NCBI GenBank assembly: GCA_963809485.1
Contig: CAWEJX010000004.1
Span: 128,001 to 192,000 of the forward strand
Source of the DNA: an uncultured Acidobacteriota bacterium
GTDB taxonomy: Bacteria > Acidobacteriota > UBA6911
Length of the DNA: 64,000 bases
Direction: 5' to 3'
Shown here piece after piece: positions 19,742 through 29,373 of the stretch (its first letter is position 1; every line of letters begins with the position of its first letter). The notes beneath the pieces were generated by a model, which did not search any database, was not told where the DNA came from, and saw only the letters and a program-made list of their open reading frames with translations. A program made the translations under genes and the position numbers.

Positions 19742-21049
19742 TTATATCTGCGATGCAGTCAAAGCCTGATCGAAGTCCTCGCGGATGTCCTCGATGTCCT
19801 CGATGCCGACTGAGACCCGTATATACTCTTGATTGACCCCGGCTTTCCGCTGCTCCTCCTCGGTCAGTTGGGAGTGGGTGGTGGAAGCAGGGTGAATGAC
19901 CAGTGTTCTGGCATCCCCGATATTCGCAAGGTGACTGGCGAGTCGGACATTGTTGATAAACTTTATCCCTGATTCCCTGCCGCCTCGAATGCCGAAACCC
20001 AGGATGGCGCCGGCGCCTTTCGCCAGGTAGCGCTGCGCAAGCTCGTAGTGCTTGTGGCCCGGCAGGCCGGGATAATTGACCCAGGTGACCGCGGGGTGTT
20101 TTTCAAGCCATTGAGCCAGCGTTAGTGCATTGGCAACATGCCGCTCCAGGCGGACATGCAGTGTTTCCAGCCCAAGCAGGAAAAGAAAGGCTGCAAAGGG
20201 ACTCATGCATGCGCCCGTGTCCCGGAGCCAATGAGTGCGGATGTGAAGGATGTAAGCCAGATTCCCCAAAGCCTTGGTCGCTTCCGTAAAAACCAGGCCA
20301 TGATAGGCTTCATCCGGCGCTGCGAATTCGGGCCATTTTTCAGGATTTTGCGCCCACGGGAACTTTCCGCTGTCGACAATTGCCCCGCCGATGTGCACGC
20401 CGTGGCCGCCGATGAATTTGGTCGTCGAATACACGACAATGTCTACTCCGTGGTCGATGGGACGGAAAAGCGCCGGAGTCAGGACGGTATTGTCAACAAT
20501 CAGGGGAAGCCCGCGCTGATGGGCGAGATCGGAGATTTTTCGGAAATCAGGAATGTCGTTTTTGGGATTGCCCACCGACTCGAGATAGACAAGCCGTGTC
20601 TTGTCATCGGCCAACCGGCTGATCTCTTCCGGATGATCAGGATCGAAGAAGCGCGCCTCGACGCCCAATTTCCTGAAGGTCTGGGAAAAAAGCGTCCATG
20701 TTCCGCCATATAAACTGGTTGAGGAGATGAAATTCTGCCCGGAATGGGCAATCGTCAGAATTGCGGCCGTAATAGCCGCCTGGCCGCTCGAGAATGCCAG
20801 GCCGCCGATTCCACCATCAAGGGCCGCCAGGCGTTTTTCGAGTACATCGCAGGTGGGATTCATCAGCCGCGAGTAAATATTGCCGGATTCCTTCAGCGCA
20901 AAAAGGTTGGCGGCATGCTCGGGACTTTGGAAAACGTAGCTGCTGGTTGCATAGATCGGGACGGCGCAGGCCCTTGTCGCCGGATCCGGTTCCTGTCCTG
21001 CATGCAGCGCCAAAGTTGCCAAACGGTGCCTGTTGCTTCCTTCGCTCAT
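19742..21049 (-). CDS. metY: O-acetylhomoserine sulfhydrylase (aminocarboxypropyltransferase)
   Basis: 'GNIYSRLMNPT', 'YGGT', 'STTKFIGGHG', 'HLANIGDARTLVIHPASTTHSQL'. Confidence 0.95.
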   Translation of the reverse strand: MSEGSNRHRLATLALHAGQEPDPATRACAVPIYATSSYVFQSPEHAANLFALKESGNIYSRLMNPTCDVLEKRLAALDGGIGGLAFSSGQAAITAAILTIAHSGQNFISSTSLYGGTWTLFSQTFRKLGVEARFFDPDHPEEISRLADDKTRLVYLESVGNPKNDIPDFRKISDLAHQRGLPLIVDNTVLTPALFRPIDHGVDIVVYSTTKFIGGHGVHIGGAIVDSGKFPWAQNPEKWPEFAAPDEAYHGLVFTEATKALGNLAYILHIRTHWLRDTGACMSPFAAFLFLLGLETLHVRLERHVANALTLAQWLEKHPAVTWVNYPGLPGHKHYELAQRYLAKGAGAILGFGIRGGRESGIKFINNVRLASHLANIGDARTLVIHPASTTHSQLTEEEQRKAGVNQEYIRVSVGIEDIEDIREDFDQALTASQI

Positions 21050-21093
21050 TCCTCCTCCTCTTTCCCAGCAAAGTATTTTATGAATCCGAATTT

Positions 21094-21127
21094 CTTAATA
21101 GTTCACTAAAACGATCGGGATTGTCAA
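21094..21127 (-). promoter_or_regulatory. Promoter (-35 TTGACA) overlapped by an IscR type-1-like Rrf2 operator
   Basis: Minus strand has TTGACA at 21127-21122. AATCCCGATCGTTTTAGTGAACTAT (21122-21098) matches 20/25 positions of the IscR type-1 consensus ATASYYGACTRWWWYAGTCRRSTAT (consensus recalled from memory). Confidence 0.65.
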
Positions 21128-21197
21128 GTTATAATTCCAGAATGTTTCTTTTATGGGTATGGGTGAATACAAATGCAGCCGGATAAACTACTAAGGA

Positions 21198-22008
21198 TCA
21201 GCGTTGGTCAGCGTTATAGCTTGGGGGATGGACTTTGGTAAATTCAAGCATCAGAGGCAAAACCTTGTCGATTGAAGTCAGTTCCTGTGTGTGATCAAGT
21301 CCCTCCACAACCTGTACCTGAACACTGGATCCCTCGAGCAGCGCCCCATATTCCGCGATTCCGGCCATTGCCCCATCATTGTCCGAGCCGGCCAGCCAGA
21401 GCGTCGGGCAACGGATATCTCCGGGCTCAATCCTGCCCCATTCCAGCATGCTGCTTGCCTGAGCGACAATCAGCGGCATGTTGCGCCTCAACAGTTGTTC
21501 CTGATCCTGCGGGGAAAGCGATTCAAGGTTCAGCGTTCCATCCCGTTGGGCGTTCAGAATGGGCAGCCAGTGGTCGCGGAAGTCCGATCGTGAGCAGGCG
21601 GAAATCACCCGATGCCCCCAAACCAAAGCTGATGCCTATCATGATGAAACTGGCGACACGGGCTGATTGTGCAGCCAGGTAACGCGCGATATTCCCGCCC
21701 AGGGAATATCCCCAAAGCGCAAAGCGTTCGATGCCGCAGGCATCCGCCACTGCAAGGACATCCTGGCAGTGCTTCTCAATGGCGTAATCCGATACCGCCA
21801 GGGGCTTGTCACTTTCGCCGTTGCCCCGGATATCGACGGCAATCACCTTGTAGTCGTTCTTGAGCCGGTCCACGTAACCTGCGTCGTGCCAGACCTGCCG
21901 GCTCTGAAGGCCGCCGTGCAGCAAAAGGATGGGCGGTCCGGTCCCGTTGACATCATAGGTAATCCGGACCCCATCGGATGAAACAGCGAAGCCTGCGCTC
22001 ATAGTCAC
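21198..22008 (-). CDS. Alpha/beta hydrolase, frameshifted near 21590
   Basis: 'LLLHGG', 'DIRGNGESDKP', GYSLG nucleophile elbow; the second frame supplies 'CPTLWLAGSDN' and 'GLDH'. Confidence 0.8.
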
Positions 22009-22058
22009 ACCCGTGAAAGTAGGTGGAAGAACACAATTGGGGCCGCATTATCCGGGCT

Positions 22059-22443
22059 TTATCTTTGCGGATTCTTCGACGTTGGCCTGAGTGTCGCATC
22101 GTTGCCGGCGAGTCCGTTCTTGATTTGGTCATAAAGACCCGGGTATTTCGCCTGCAGGTCCTTATCTTTGAGCTTCTTCGCCAGGGTTTTGCCGTCTTTG
22201 GTTTTTACCGTATAGACCGTTCCCTGCGAACTCCGGAGTATGGTGACGGTTCTGTCCCTGCTTTCGAGGTAGCCGATGACAAGATCTTTTCCGGCTGAAG
22301 CCTTCGCCGTTTGTTCCTGCTTGTTTGCCGCTGACCTGGCAGGATCGATGGCGCCCTGGGCAAAAGAGGGATCAGACACCGGCACGGCGAAGCAGGAAGC
22401 AAGAATGCCAAGGGAGAGGAATGCTGCTCTTTGTAGGTTTCAT
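22059..22443 (-). CDS. Small secreted hypothetical protein, frameshifted just after the start
   Basis: ATG 22443 'MKPT' is one base out of frame with the signal-like 'RAAFLSLGILASCFAVPVSDPSFA'; the body is ORF 22059..22385. Confidence 0.55.
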
Positions 22444-22654
22444 TAGGCACCCCCGTGGTCAGCATTTATAAAGTCGTCCTCGATCCAGCTCGAGGATTGG
22501 ATCATCAGGTATCCGTATTATCTCTCCGGACAGCCCAGGCTGCAACATTGGAGGCCGGCAAAACAATTTGATCCGGCAGGGTTTCGGGACTTGGAGTCCT
22601 GCAGCCAATAAGATCACTGCCAAAGACTCAATGGCGCGGCCAGGCAGAAGTCCC

Positions 22655-23107
22655 TCATCGTCTGCCGATGCCTTCAGCCCCCGTTATCTCGGACGACGGA
22701 GCGAAATACATTCTGCTCACAACAGCGAAGAGAACTCCGGTGGACCAGCCGCACATCAGTATTCCCGTCAGCGCCTCCGCCGCCGCGAAGATACGCCACT
22801 GATCGGGCAGGACGAGGTCGCCATAGCCAACGGTGGTGTATGTGACGGCGCTGAAGTAGAAAGATGTCCTGAAATCGGGGAAAATCTTCCACCAGGTCAA
22901 AACAGATGCCCAGCTGGCGATTTCCGACAGATGAGCCGATAGCATGCCTGCGGCAACCAGGATCAGGATTGAGACGGCATGCCAGAAGTGAAGGACCTTT
23001 GGCCTGGGAATCCGGCTCAGGCGGCGGAGCATCACCGTCATCGCGAGTGCATGAACTACAACACACACGGCAAGCAGAACAGCGGGCATCACCAGACGTA
23101 TAAGCAT
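22655..23107 (-). CDS. Potassium channel family protein (Ion_trans_2, pore only)
   Basis: 'SFYFSAVTYTTVGYGD' selectivity filter flanked by TM helices. Confidence 0.9.
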   Translation of the reverse strand: MLIRLVMPAVLLAVCVVVHALAMTVMLRRLSRIPRPKVLHFWHAVSILILVAAGMLSAHLSEIASWASVLTWWKIFPDFRTSFYFSAVTYTTVGYGDLVLPDQWRIFAAAEALTGILMCGWSTGVLFAVVSRMYFAPSSEITGAEGIGRR

Positions 23108-23393
23108 CGCTCAGCGTCCTTGCGGTTTCCGGATCAACGAATTGAAAACCGGGACCGAGGTTTGAATTCGTGCCTGAAAAATGACGGATGAAGGTGATCA
23201 TAGTCCGTTGCTTGTCTTGCGTCCATATATTTGTCCGCTTCTCCCGGCCGGGCTCAAAAACCCCTTGCGCGAAGCCCCGGCCTGGGGCATAAATTATGGG
23301 CCCTGAACAAAGCCTCGAAGCTGAATGTTCGCCTGGAGCGTTCCGGGACATCAAGAGGGTTTAAATTCGCGTTCAGGTCAAGGAGTGAAAAAT

Positions 23394-23699
23394 ATGAAAG
23401 GCATTTGCATTCTGACTGCGGTTGTGCTTTTTGCCGCAGCCCCGATATTGTTGTGGGCCGCAGAGGATGGGGCGGCTCTTTATGAAAGCAGGTGTTCCAT
23501 GTGCCACGGCGCCCAGGGGGAAGGCAATCCTGATGGAGGGCTGCCCGCACTCAAGGGAACCTCGTTGACTGCAGAGAAAATCATCGCCCTGCTCATGAAG
23601 GGCGAAAAAGATAAGACAATCCACGCGGATCCGATCAGCGACCTGAAAGAAGAGCAAGCTAAAGCTATCACGGATCACGTGACAAAAATGAAAAAGTAG
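23394..23699 (+). CDS. Small monoheme c-type cytochrome
   Basis: Signal peptide; 'GAALY...CSMCHG..GEG'; AGGAG RBS. Confidence 0.88.
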   Translation: MKGICILTAVVLFAAAPILLWAAEDGAALYESRCSMCHGAQGEGNPDGGLPALKGTSLTAEKIIALLMKGEKDKTIHADPISDLKEEQAKAITDHVTKMKK

Positions 23700-23715
23700 C
23701 AGGCGAGAAACCACG

Positions 23716-23750
23716 CAGGGGTGCCCTGCCGGGCACCCTGTATGCCTTTG
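23716..23750 (+). terminator. Probable intrinsic terminator after the cytochrome c gene
   Basis: GGGTGCCC-TGCC-GGGCACCC hairpin with a weak T tail. Confidence 0.5.
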
Positions 23751-23988
23751 GCTGCATCGGATGATGCAGCGCCTCTTGTGAACCTCCCTTTCGGTAAGGT
23801 CTATTTTATATGGTCGCGTTAATATATTCACGCAATCAAAGGGCATGGCCTGCCCCGCCGCGTTCCACACAATGAACTGCATACATCCTCGGCTCTTGAA
23901 TCCGCCTGCAATTCCCATTTCTCTATCCAATCCACTTTCGTTACAATAAACACTACATCTGACAATCCATACAACAGCCGAGGAATAT

Positions 23989-24859
23989 ATGCTCGCTCAA
24001 ATCGTCCTAACTCCCGCAGAATCAAAAAAGCTCATCGCAAAGGCTGTGGCCAGGTTAGAGGCCGTGCAGCAGGCAGTAAAGAAAGGGATCGTCGCACTCC
24101 ATCCCAGCAGCAGCACCTACTTCATCGTGGAAGAAATCACCGGATCAAAACCGAAGACTAATTACTGGGTATGCGGCGTGGTCACGCCGAGGGGAATGTG
24201 CGTGGAAATGGCAATGGTGCTCGGCAGTGGGCTGACTCCCCGCGAAGACAAGGCCGATCCCGGCGATCTTCAGGGGACATGGGTGATAGAAAAGGGCCAA
24301 TTGGGAGGCGAAGAGAAGCTATCCAGCCTGCTCTACCGAATGACAGCCTCCGACGTCTACGTCAAAGGCGTCAATGCGCTGGATCCGGAAGGGAATGTCG
24401 GCATTCTCTTCGGTCTTGAGGGATCGATGGGATATATCCAGGCCGCGAGAAGGAAAAGAAACTTTACCATCATCTATCCGGCCGGACTGGAAAAGCTCAT
24501 TCCTATCCCGGTGAAGGAAGCGGCGAAAGAGGCAAAGTTCACCCGATATGAGTCGGGTATGGGAATGCCTGTTGGGCTTTTTCCTTGTCCAGCAGGTGTC
24601 ACGGTCAACGAAGTGACGGGCAATCCAGATACTGAGCGGCGCTTCGGCAATACCCGTCGCGTCGGGCGGCCTGGGAGGCGCGGAAGGGGCGATCACGCTT
24701 GTCCTGAAAGGGAAGCCTGATGAGGTAAAGAAGGCGCTCGATTTCGTTGAACAGTCGAAAGGAGCCAGGCTTCCGGATCTCCGTCTCTGCAACTGCAACG
24801 ATTGTCCGGTGCCAAATTGCAGGTTCCCGATGGCGGGTAAACGGTGGGCTTCGCTGTAA
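23989..24859 (+). CDS. Conserved hypothetical protein with a Cys-rich C-terminus, frameshifted near 24616
   Basis: 'LTPAESKKLIAKAV', 'VKGVNALDPEGN', 'GLEKLIP'. The shifted frame gives 'AIQILSGASAIPVASGGLGGAEGA...CNCNDCPVPNC' to TAA 24859. Confidence 0.7.
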
Positions 24860-25031
24860 CATTCCGCTCCACAATTTACCGGCCCTTCCCGTCCGCAGTT
24901 TCCTCCTGATCAAAAACTGAAGAAAAGCGATATGCCGGAAGTCCCGGCCAGGCCCCAGACCTTCCGCTTTACTGATTTCCAGATGCTCTGGCTTTGTTCG
25001 CCAGAGTCGTCTATCGCGCTTCTCGCGCCGG

Positions 25032-25067
25032 GAGGTGAAGCTCCATGGGTTTATGGAGCTTCACCTC
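25032..25067. terminator. Perfect 15-bp hairpin between convergent genes
   Basis: GAGGTGAAGCTCCAT-N6-ATGGAGCTTCACCTC just downstream of the TonB receptor stop. Confidence 0.6.
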
Positions 25068-25098
25068 TCAAAACAGCTCTCTAATTCCGGGGCGCAGC

Positions 25099-28000
25099 CT
25101 AAAACTGGAACCGGGCGACTATGATCCCCGCTCGAGGTGCAACGGCCACGGTAGTCGTATTGATGTATCCGAAGCCGGAAATCGTCTGGCCGGTGGCCGG
25201 GTTTCTGGTTTGCGTGGCTTGGGCGTTCGTCGATGTGGGACTATTCATCTCGGTGCGGTTGAAAATGTTTGAGAAATCCGCCCGTATATTGATCGAGATC
25301 CCCTCCTTGATCGGGAAATTGCGCGCGAGACTCATGCTTTCACCGGGCCGGCGCTGCTGCCGGTAATCGTTGTAATACGCGGCTCCGGTGCCGAATTGCC
25401 CGGCAGGCGGATCGACCCAGGCGTTCTTATTCAGAACAAATTCCTGGTTCGGGTCGATGCAATGACAGTTGAGATCCTTGGTGTAGAGGTCCTCCCCCGG
25501 TACCCGGTTGGCATAGGTGTTCTGGAAGAGCACCGAGCTGAGCTGATTTTGCGCGACCGGAGCCAGAATCGGCATGCCGCTTGCGTACTGCAAGGTTGCG
25601 CCGATCGTCCAATCCCGGAGTATCCAGGACGCAATCTTGTTGGCATTCCATGTCGGCACGGTGTAATTCGCCGCAATCACGAAAACAAGGGGCCGGGAGA
25701 GCATGGAAAGGTACTTGTTCACGCGCCGGTCGAAAACATTGTTTATCGCTGCGCCGCTTACTCCCATAGCATTCCCCTGCTGCTCCGCACCCATGGTCAG
25801 CTCTTTCTGCCAGGTAAAAGCAGCGGTGAAATCAAGCCCATAGGAATAGCGTTTGGTAACCTTTGCCTGCAAGGAGTCATACCAGGTTCTGCCAAGGGGC
25901 GCCCACATATATCGGATCGCGGGCGTACCGGTGGTCGTGCCTGCAAACTGCGGAAACGGGCGCAACGACTGGGCTACGGTAGACGACATCGGAAAGCCCT
26001 CATAGGGCGGTATGTTGAATCCGCGTTGCGCCGCCAGCGACGAATTCAGCGGAGAGGTCAGCAGCTTCCGGTCATCCGCGTTGTTGACGTTGAGCCCAAA
26101 AGAGGCAATACGCTCGGCTGACAACGCATTGACATTGATCAGGTCGTTGGCTTCCCACCAGGCGCCGCGGTTGCCGACATAGGAGATCTCCACGACCAGG
26201 TTCCTTAAGATCTCGTGCTGAATGCCAATGCTCCATTGGAACTGCCTCGGCGGCCGGCCGGCGTTGCCATCGATTGCGACCGGGGGCGCGCTGAGCGTGC
26301 CTGCAAGAGGATACAAACCGGCATCCAAGACAGGCCATGGCCTCGGAGCAGGCATGCCGTTGCGCAAGAGGCCCGCCGGATTGCCGTATGCGGGCGAGTA
26401 ATACGGGTTGCTGGAGCCGACCTTCCAGGATGCCTGATTTTCGTTGGCTGTTTGGCCGTAAGAGACGCCCAATCCCATACGCAGGACGGTTTTGGGCGTA
26501 ATCTGATATGCGGCTCCCAACCGCGGACCGAATGCATAGGGGTATACCTCCGCGAAGTCACAGTTGCACTGACCCGGTCCGGAGCCTTCATAAATCACGG
26601 CCCCCAACAGGCCGCCCGCGGATGGATTCGGGGTTGTGGGCGAGAAACTCGCGATCCGGCCGTGCGGATCCTTGAAGTACTCCTGGTAATCCCATCTAAG
26701 TCCGTAGTCGAGCGTAAATCTACGGGTAACCTTCCAGGTATCCTGGGCGTATGCCGACCATGCGGATTTACCCAGCCGGGGGTCGCTGGGAACCCCGCTG
26801 TTGCCGTCAGCAATAAGCCCCAGGAGAAAACTCGCGTAGGGGAATCCAATGGTGCCACCCTGCAAAGGCTGCCCCAGAATCGAGGGAAGACCGGTCTGCT
26901 CCACGCCGAAGTTGTAATAACCGTAGGAGGGGGCATAGAGTGTGGTGGGATATTTCTCCTGGCGCAATTCCGCGCCGAACTTCAAGGTGTGGTTATCCTT
27001 CACCCATGTAAGGCTGGCGCTTCCGGAAGGTTTGAACATAACCGATTTGGTTTGCATATAGGGGCCCATGTTGCCGGTCGCCATGCTGACCGCTCGCGCC
27101 GACATGCCGCCGCGAGCCGCCGAGAGTCCAGAAATGAATGGGAAGACGGTGTACAGAGATCCCGGAAGACCGAGTTCTTTGAGCTGGTCAAAATTGGTAT
27201 CGTATGCGGGATCCAGGAACTGCAGATTCTGGACACCGGCAGCCAAATGAAGCACCATGGTCGGCGTGACGGTATAATCAAAGGCCATCTGCGCTATATA
27301 AGACTCCTGGTCCGTATTCCTTTCGGTGGAGACCGGAGAAGGAATGCCGTCTCCCCCCGGAGGCCCGGGCGCGTGCTGGTTCAGGATATCTGTCGATGAC
27401 CAGAAGAACGAAAGCTTGGTGCGGTTGCTCAGGTTGTGGTTGATTTTGAAGGCCGGGATGGTTCGAATGTTGGGGCTGTCCCAGGGATTCAGATAGTTAA
27501 GTGTCACAGCCGCGCTCGTGGGTTCCGGAATGAGATTTTGGATCTTAACCGCGACCGGATCGAATCGGTCCTGCGGAATTGTGTTATTGGTAAACGGATC
27601 TCGAACGCGCAGTCCGTTAACGAGGCGTTCGGTCTGCGGATCGTATATCGTGCCTTCCATAATTGGACGGCCAAGGGGATCGCAATTGGGATTCGCCGTT
27701 GGACAAAGATTCTTCCCTGTCAGAGCTTGGCGGAAATCGCCGCTGCGATAAGCGAGAGTGGGCATCGTATATGTGGTATTAAACTTGGTCACCTCGCGGT
27801 ACTCCTCGAAGCTGAAAAAGAAGAACGTCTTATCGTGGCCGTCGTAAACCTTTGGGATGTAGACCGGCCCGCTGAAGGTGAAACCATAGTTGTTCCTGCG
27901 TACGCGGCTCTTCCTGTTTATAAAGGGCGTACTTGCGTTTAGCGCTTCATTGGACCAGTAGTCGTATGCGCTTCCGTGGTAGGAGTTGGTGCCGGATTTC

Positions 28001-28716
28001 ATGGTGATATTGAAATAGCCGCCGCCGGCCTGTCCGAACTCGGCGGCGTAGTTGCTGGTCTGAATCGCGTATTCCTCAATTGCGGCCATGCTTTGCTGGC
28101 TCATCCCCGTGCTCTGCTGCAGCATTCCGTTTGTGGCCTCCATTCCGTCGACCCGGATGCTCATCGAGGCGGAAGGGGCGCCATTGACGCGAAACCAGGC
28201 TCTGTTCTGGTAGAGCGTGCCCGGAAGCAGCGTCATCACCGCATAGGGATCTCGAATGATATTGGAAAATCCTAAAATGGGCAGGTTATCCACGCGCGTG
28301 CCGGTGACATTATGGCTGAGTTCGCCGCTTTCTGTTTTCAGGAGCGGCGCATCGGCGCTGACCGAAACAGTTTCGGTGATGGTGCCGACCTCCATCGCGA
28401 TATCAATGCGCAATGTCTGCGCAACCATGACCGTGATTCCGGTTCGTAAATACTGCTTGAATCCGGCCTGGGTTGCCGTGATCTGATAGACTCCGACCGG
28501 CAGTTGGGCCAGGGTGTAATTGCCAGTCGCCGAACTGACAGTCTGATAAACGGCCCCCGTTTGTGTGTTTTTGGCTTCAATCTGGGCTTTCGGGATCATG
28601 GCGCCGGCCGGGTCCGAAATGGTCCCGGTTATGGTGCCCCGGTCGCTTTGAGCCGAAGCCGGGGCTGCTGCGAAGATTAGACAAGCAACTGCAATCAAAC
28701 ATGCAACTGAACGCAT
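25099..28716 (-). CDS. TonB-dependent receptor with N-terminal carboxypeptidase-regulatory-like domain (Oar-like)
   Basis: Signal peptide; 'GTITGTISDPAGA', 'SNYAAEFG', 'KSGTNSYHGS', 'YAQDTWKVTRRFTLDYGLRWDY'; C-terminal 'ARFQF'. AGGAGG RBS before 28716. Confidence 0.92.
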   Translation of the reverse strand: MRSVACLIAVACLIFAAAPASAQSDRGTITGTISDPAGAMIPKAQIEAKNTQTGAVYQTVSSATGNYTLAQLPVGVYQITATQAGFKQYLRTGITVMVAQTLRIDIAMEVGTITETVSVSADAPLLKTESGELSHNVTGTRVDNLPILGFSNIIRDPYAVMTLLPGTLYQNRAWFRVNGAPSASMSIRVDGMEATNGMLQQSTGMSQQSMAAIEEYAIQTSNYAAEFGQAGGGYFNITMKSGTNSYHGSAYDYWSNEALNASTPFINRKSRVRRNNYGFTFSGPVYIPKVYDGHDKTFFFFSFEEYREVTKFNTTYTMPTLAYRSGDFRQALTGKNLCPTANPNCDPLGRPIMEGTIYDPQTERLVNGLRVRDPFTNNTIPQDRFDPVAVKIQNLIPEPTSAAVTLNYLNPWDSPNIRTIPAFKINHNLSNRTKLSFFWSSTDILNQHAPGPPGGDGIPSPVSTERNTDQESYIAQMAFDYTVTPTMVLHLAAGVQNLQFLDPAYDTNFDQLKELGLPGSLYTVFPFISGLSAARGGMSARAVSMATGNMGPYMQTKSVMFKPSGSASLTWVKDNHTLKFGAELRQEKYPTTLYAPSYGYYNFGVEQTGLPSILGQPLQGGTIGFPYASFLLGLIADGNSGVPSDPRLGKSAWSAYAQDTWKVTRRFTLDYGLRWDYQEYFKDPHGRIASFSPTTPNPSAGGLLGAVIYEGSGPGQCNCDFAEVYPYAFGPRLGAAYQITPKTVLRMGLGVSYGQTANENQASWKVGSSNPYYSPAYGNPAGLLRNGMPAPRPWPVLDAGLYPLAGTLSAPPVAIDGNAGRPPRQFQWSIGIQHEILRNLVVEISYVGNRGAWWEANDLINVNALSAERIASFGLNVNNADDRKLLTSPLNSSLAAQRGFNIPPYEGFPMSSTVAQSLRPFPQFAGTTTGTPAIRYMWAPLGRTWYDSLQAKVTKRYSYGLDFTAAFTWQKELTMGAEQQGNAMGVSGAAINNVFDRRVNKYLSMLSRPLVFVIAANYTVPTWNANKIASWILRDWTIGATLQYASGMPILAPVAQNQLSSVLFQNTYANRVPGEDLYTKDLNCHCIDPNQEFVLNKNAWVDPPAGQFGTGAAYYNDYRQQRRPGESMSLARNFPIKEGISINIRADFSNIFNRTEMNSPTSTNAQATQTRNPATGQTISGFGYINTTTVAVAPRAGIIVARFQF

Positions 28717-29038
28717 CGGGTGTATCCTCCTATCGCCTGCAATTTTATTGGCGCACAGAAACACGCACCGCTTATGGCTCCCTTGCCAACTTTTCGACTA
28801 TTGCATCCCCTCTCAACCTATTGCCGCATCGCATAGCTCGCTCAGATTGGCGGCGGTGACAGCGCGCCCTTCTCGGGCAACAACGTCAAGGAACGGCAGG
28901 GGCGTTATCGGGCTCCACTGAAAATCTGTTTCTGTTTGACAATATTATCTGCGGCGGTGTCCATTTGCGTGAGTTGTACGCGCCGCTACTAATGGTGATT
29001 TTAAGCTAGTCGATTTGTCAACTCGTTGTCAAGAAAAT

Positions 29039-29058
29039 ATGTCACAAATATGTGACAT
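29039..29058. promoter_or_regulatory. Palindromic operator candidate in the divergent promoter region
   Basis: ATGTCACA-AATA-TGTGACAT, next to two minus-strand TTGACA hexamers. Confidence 0.5.
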
Positions 29059-29373
29059 GGAAGTGACCCGGGCGGCAAAACTATGCTATAGTTGTCGCGT
29101 CGTGGGGAATCTCCAGACCAGGCGCTTTTATCTAACATATTGCCTAATACCAGACGCGGCCGGGAATCCGTGGAGGGAGATCTCCGTTCTATGCAGGCGG
29201 CCTGTGAATCATGTTTTGGACAAAGCGGCGGCAGGCTGCCGCATCCCAAACCATCTATAATTTTTTTATAATTTTTTTCGGAGGTTGTGATTCCCGATGT
29301 GGTTGAAGAAAGCCTGACGCACTAAAAACACAGCTATGGACCAACAGGATCAAAAATCAGGAAAGGGCGGCTT

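Noticed and set aside
21050-21197. SAM riboswitch or T-box upstream of metY
   Set aside because: The leader between the promoter and the RBS is only ~40 nt and lacks the conserved elements.
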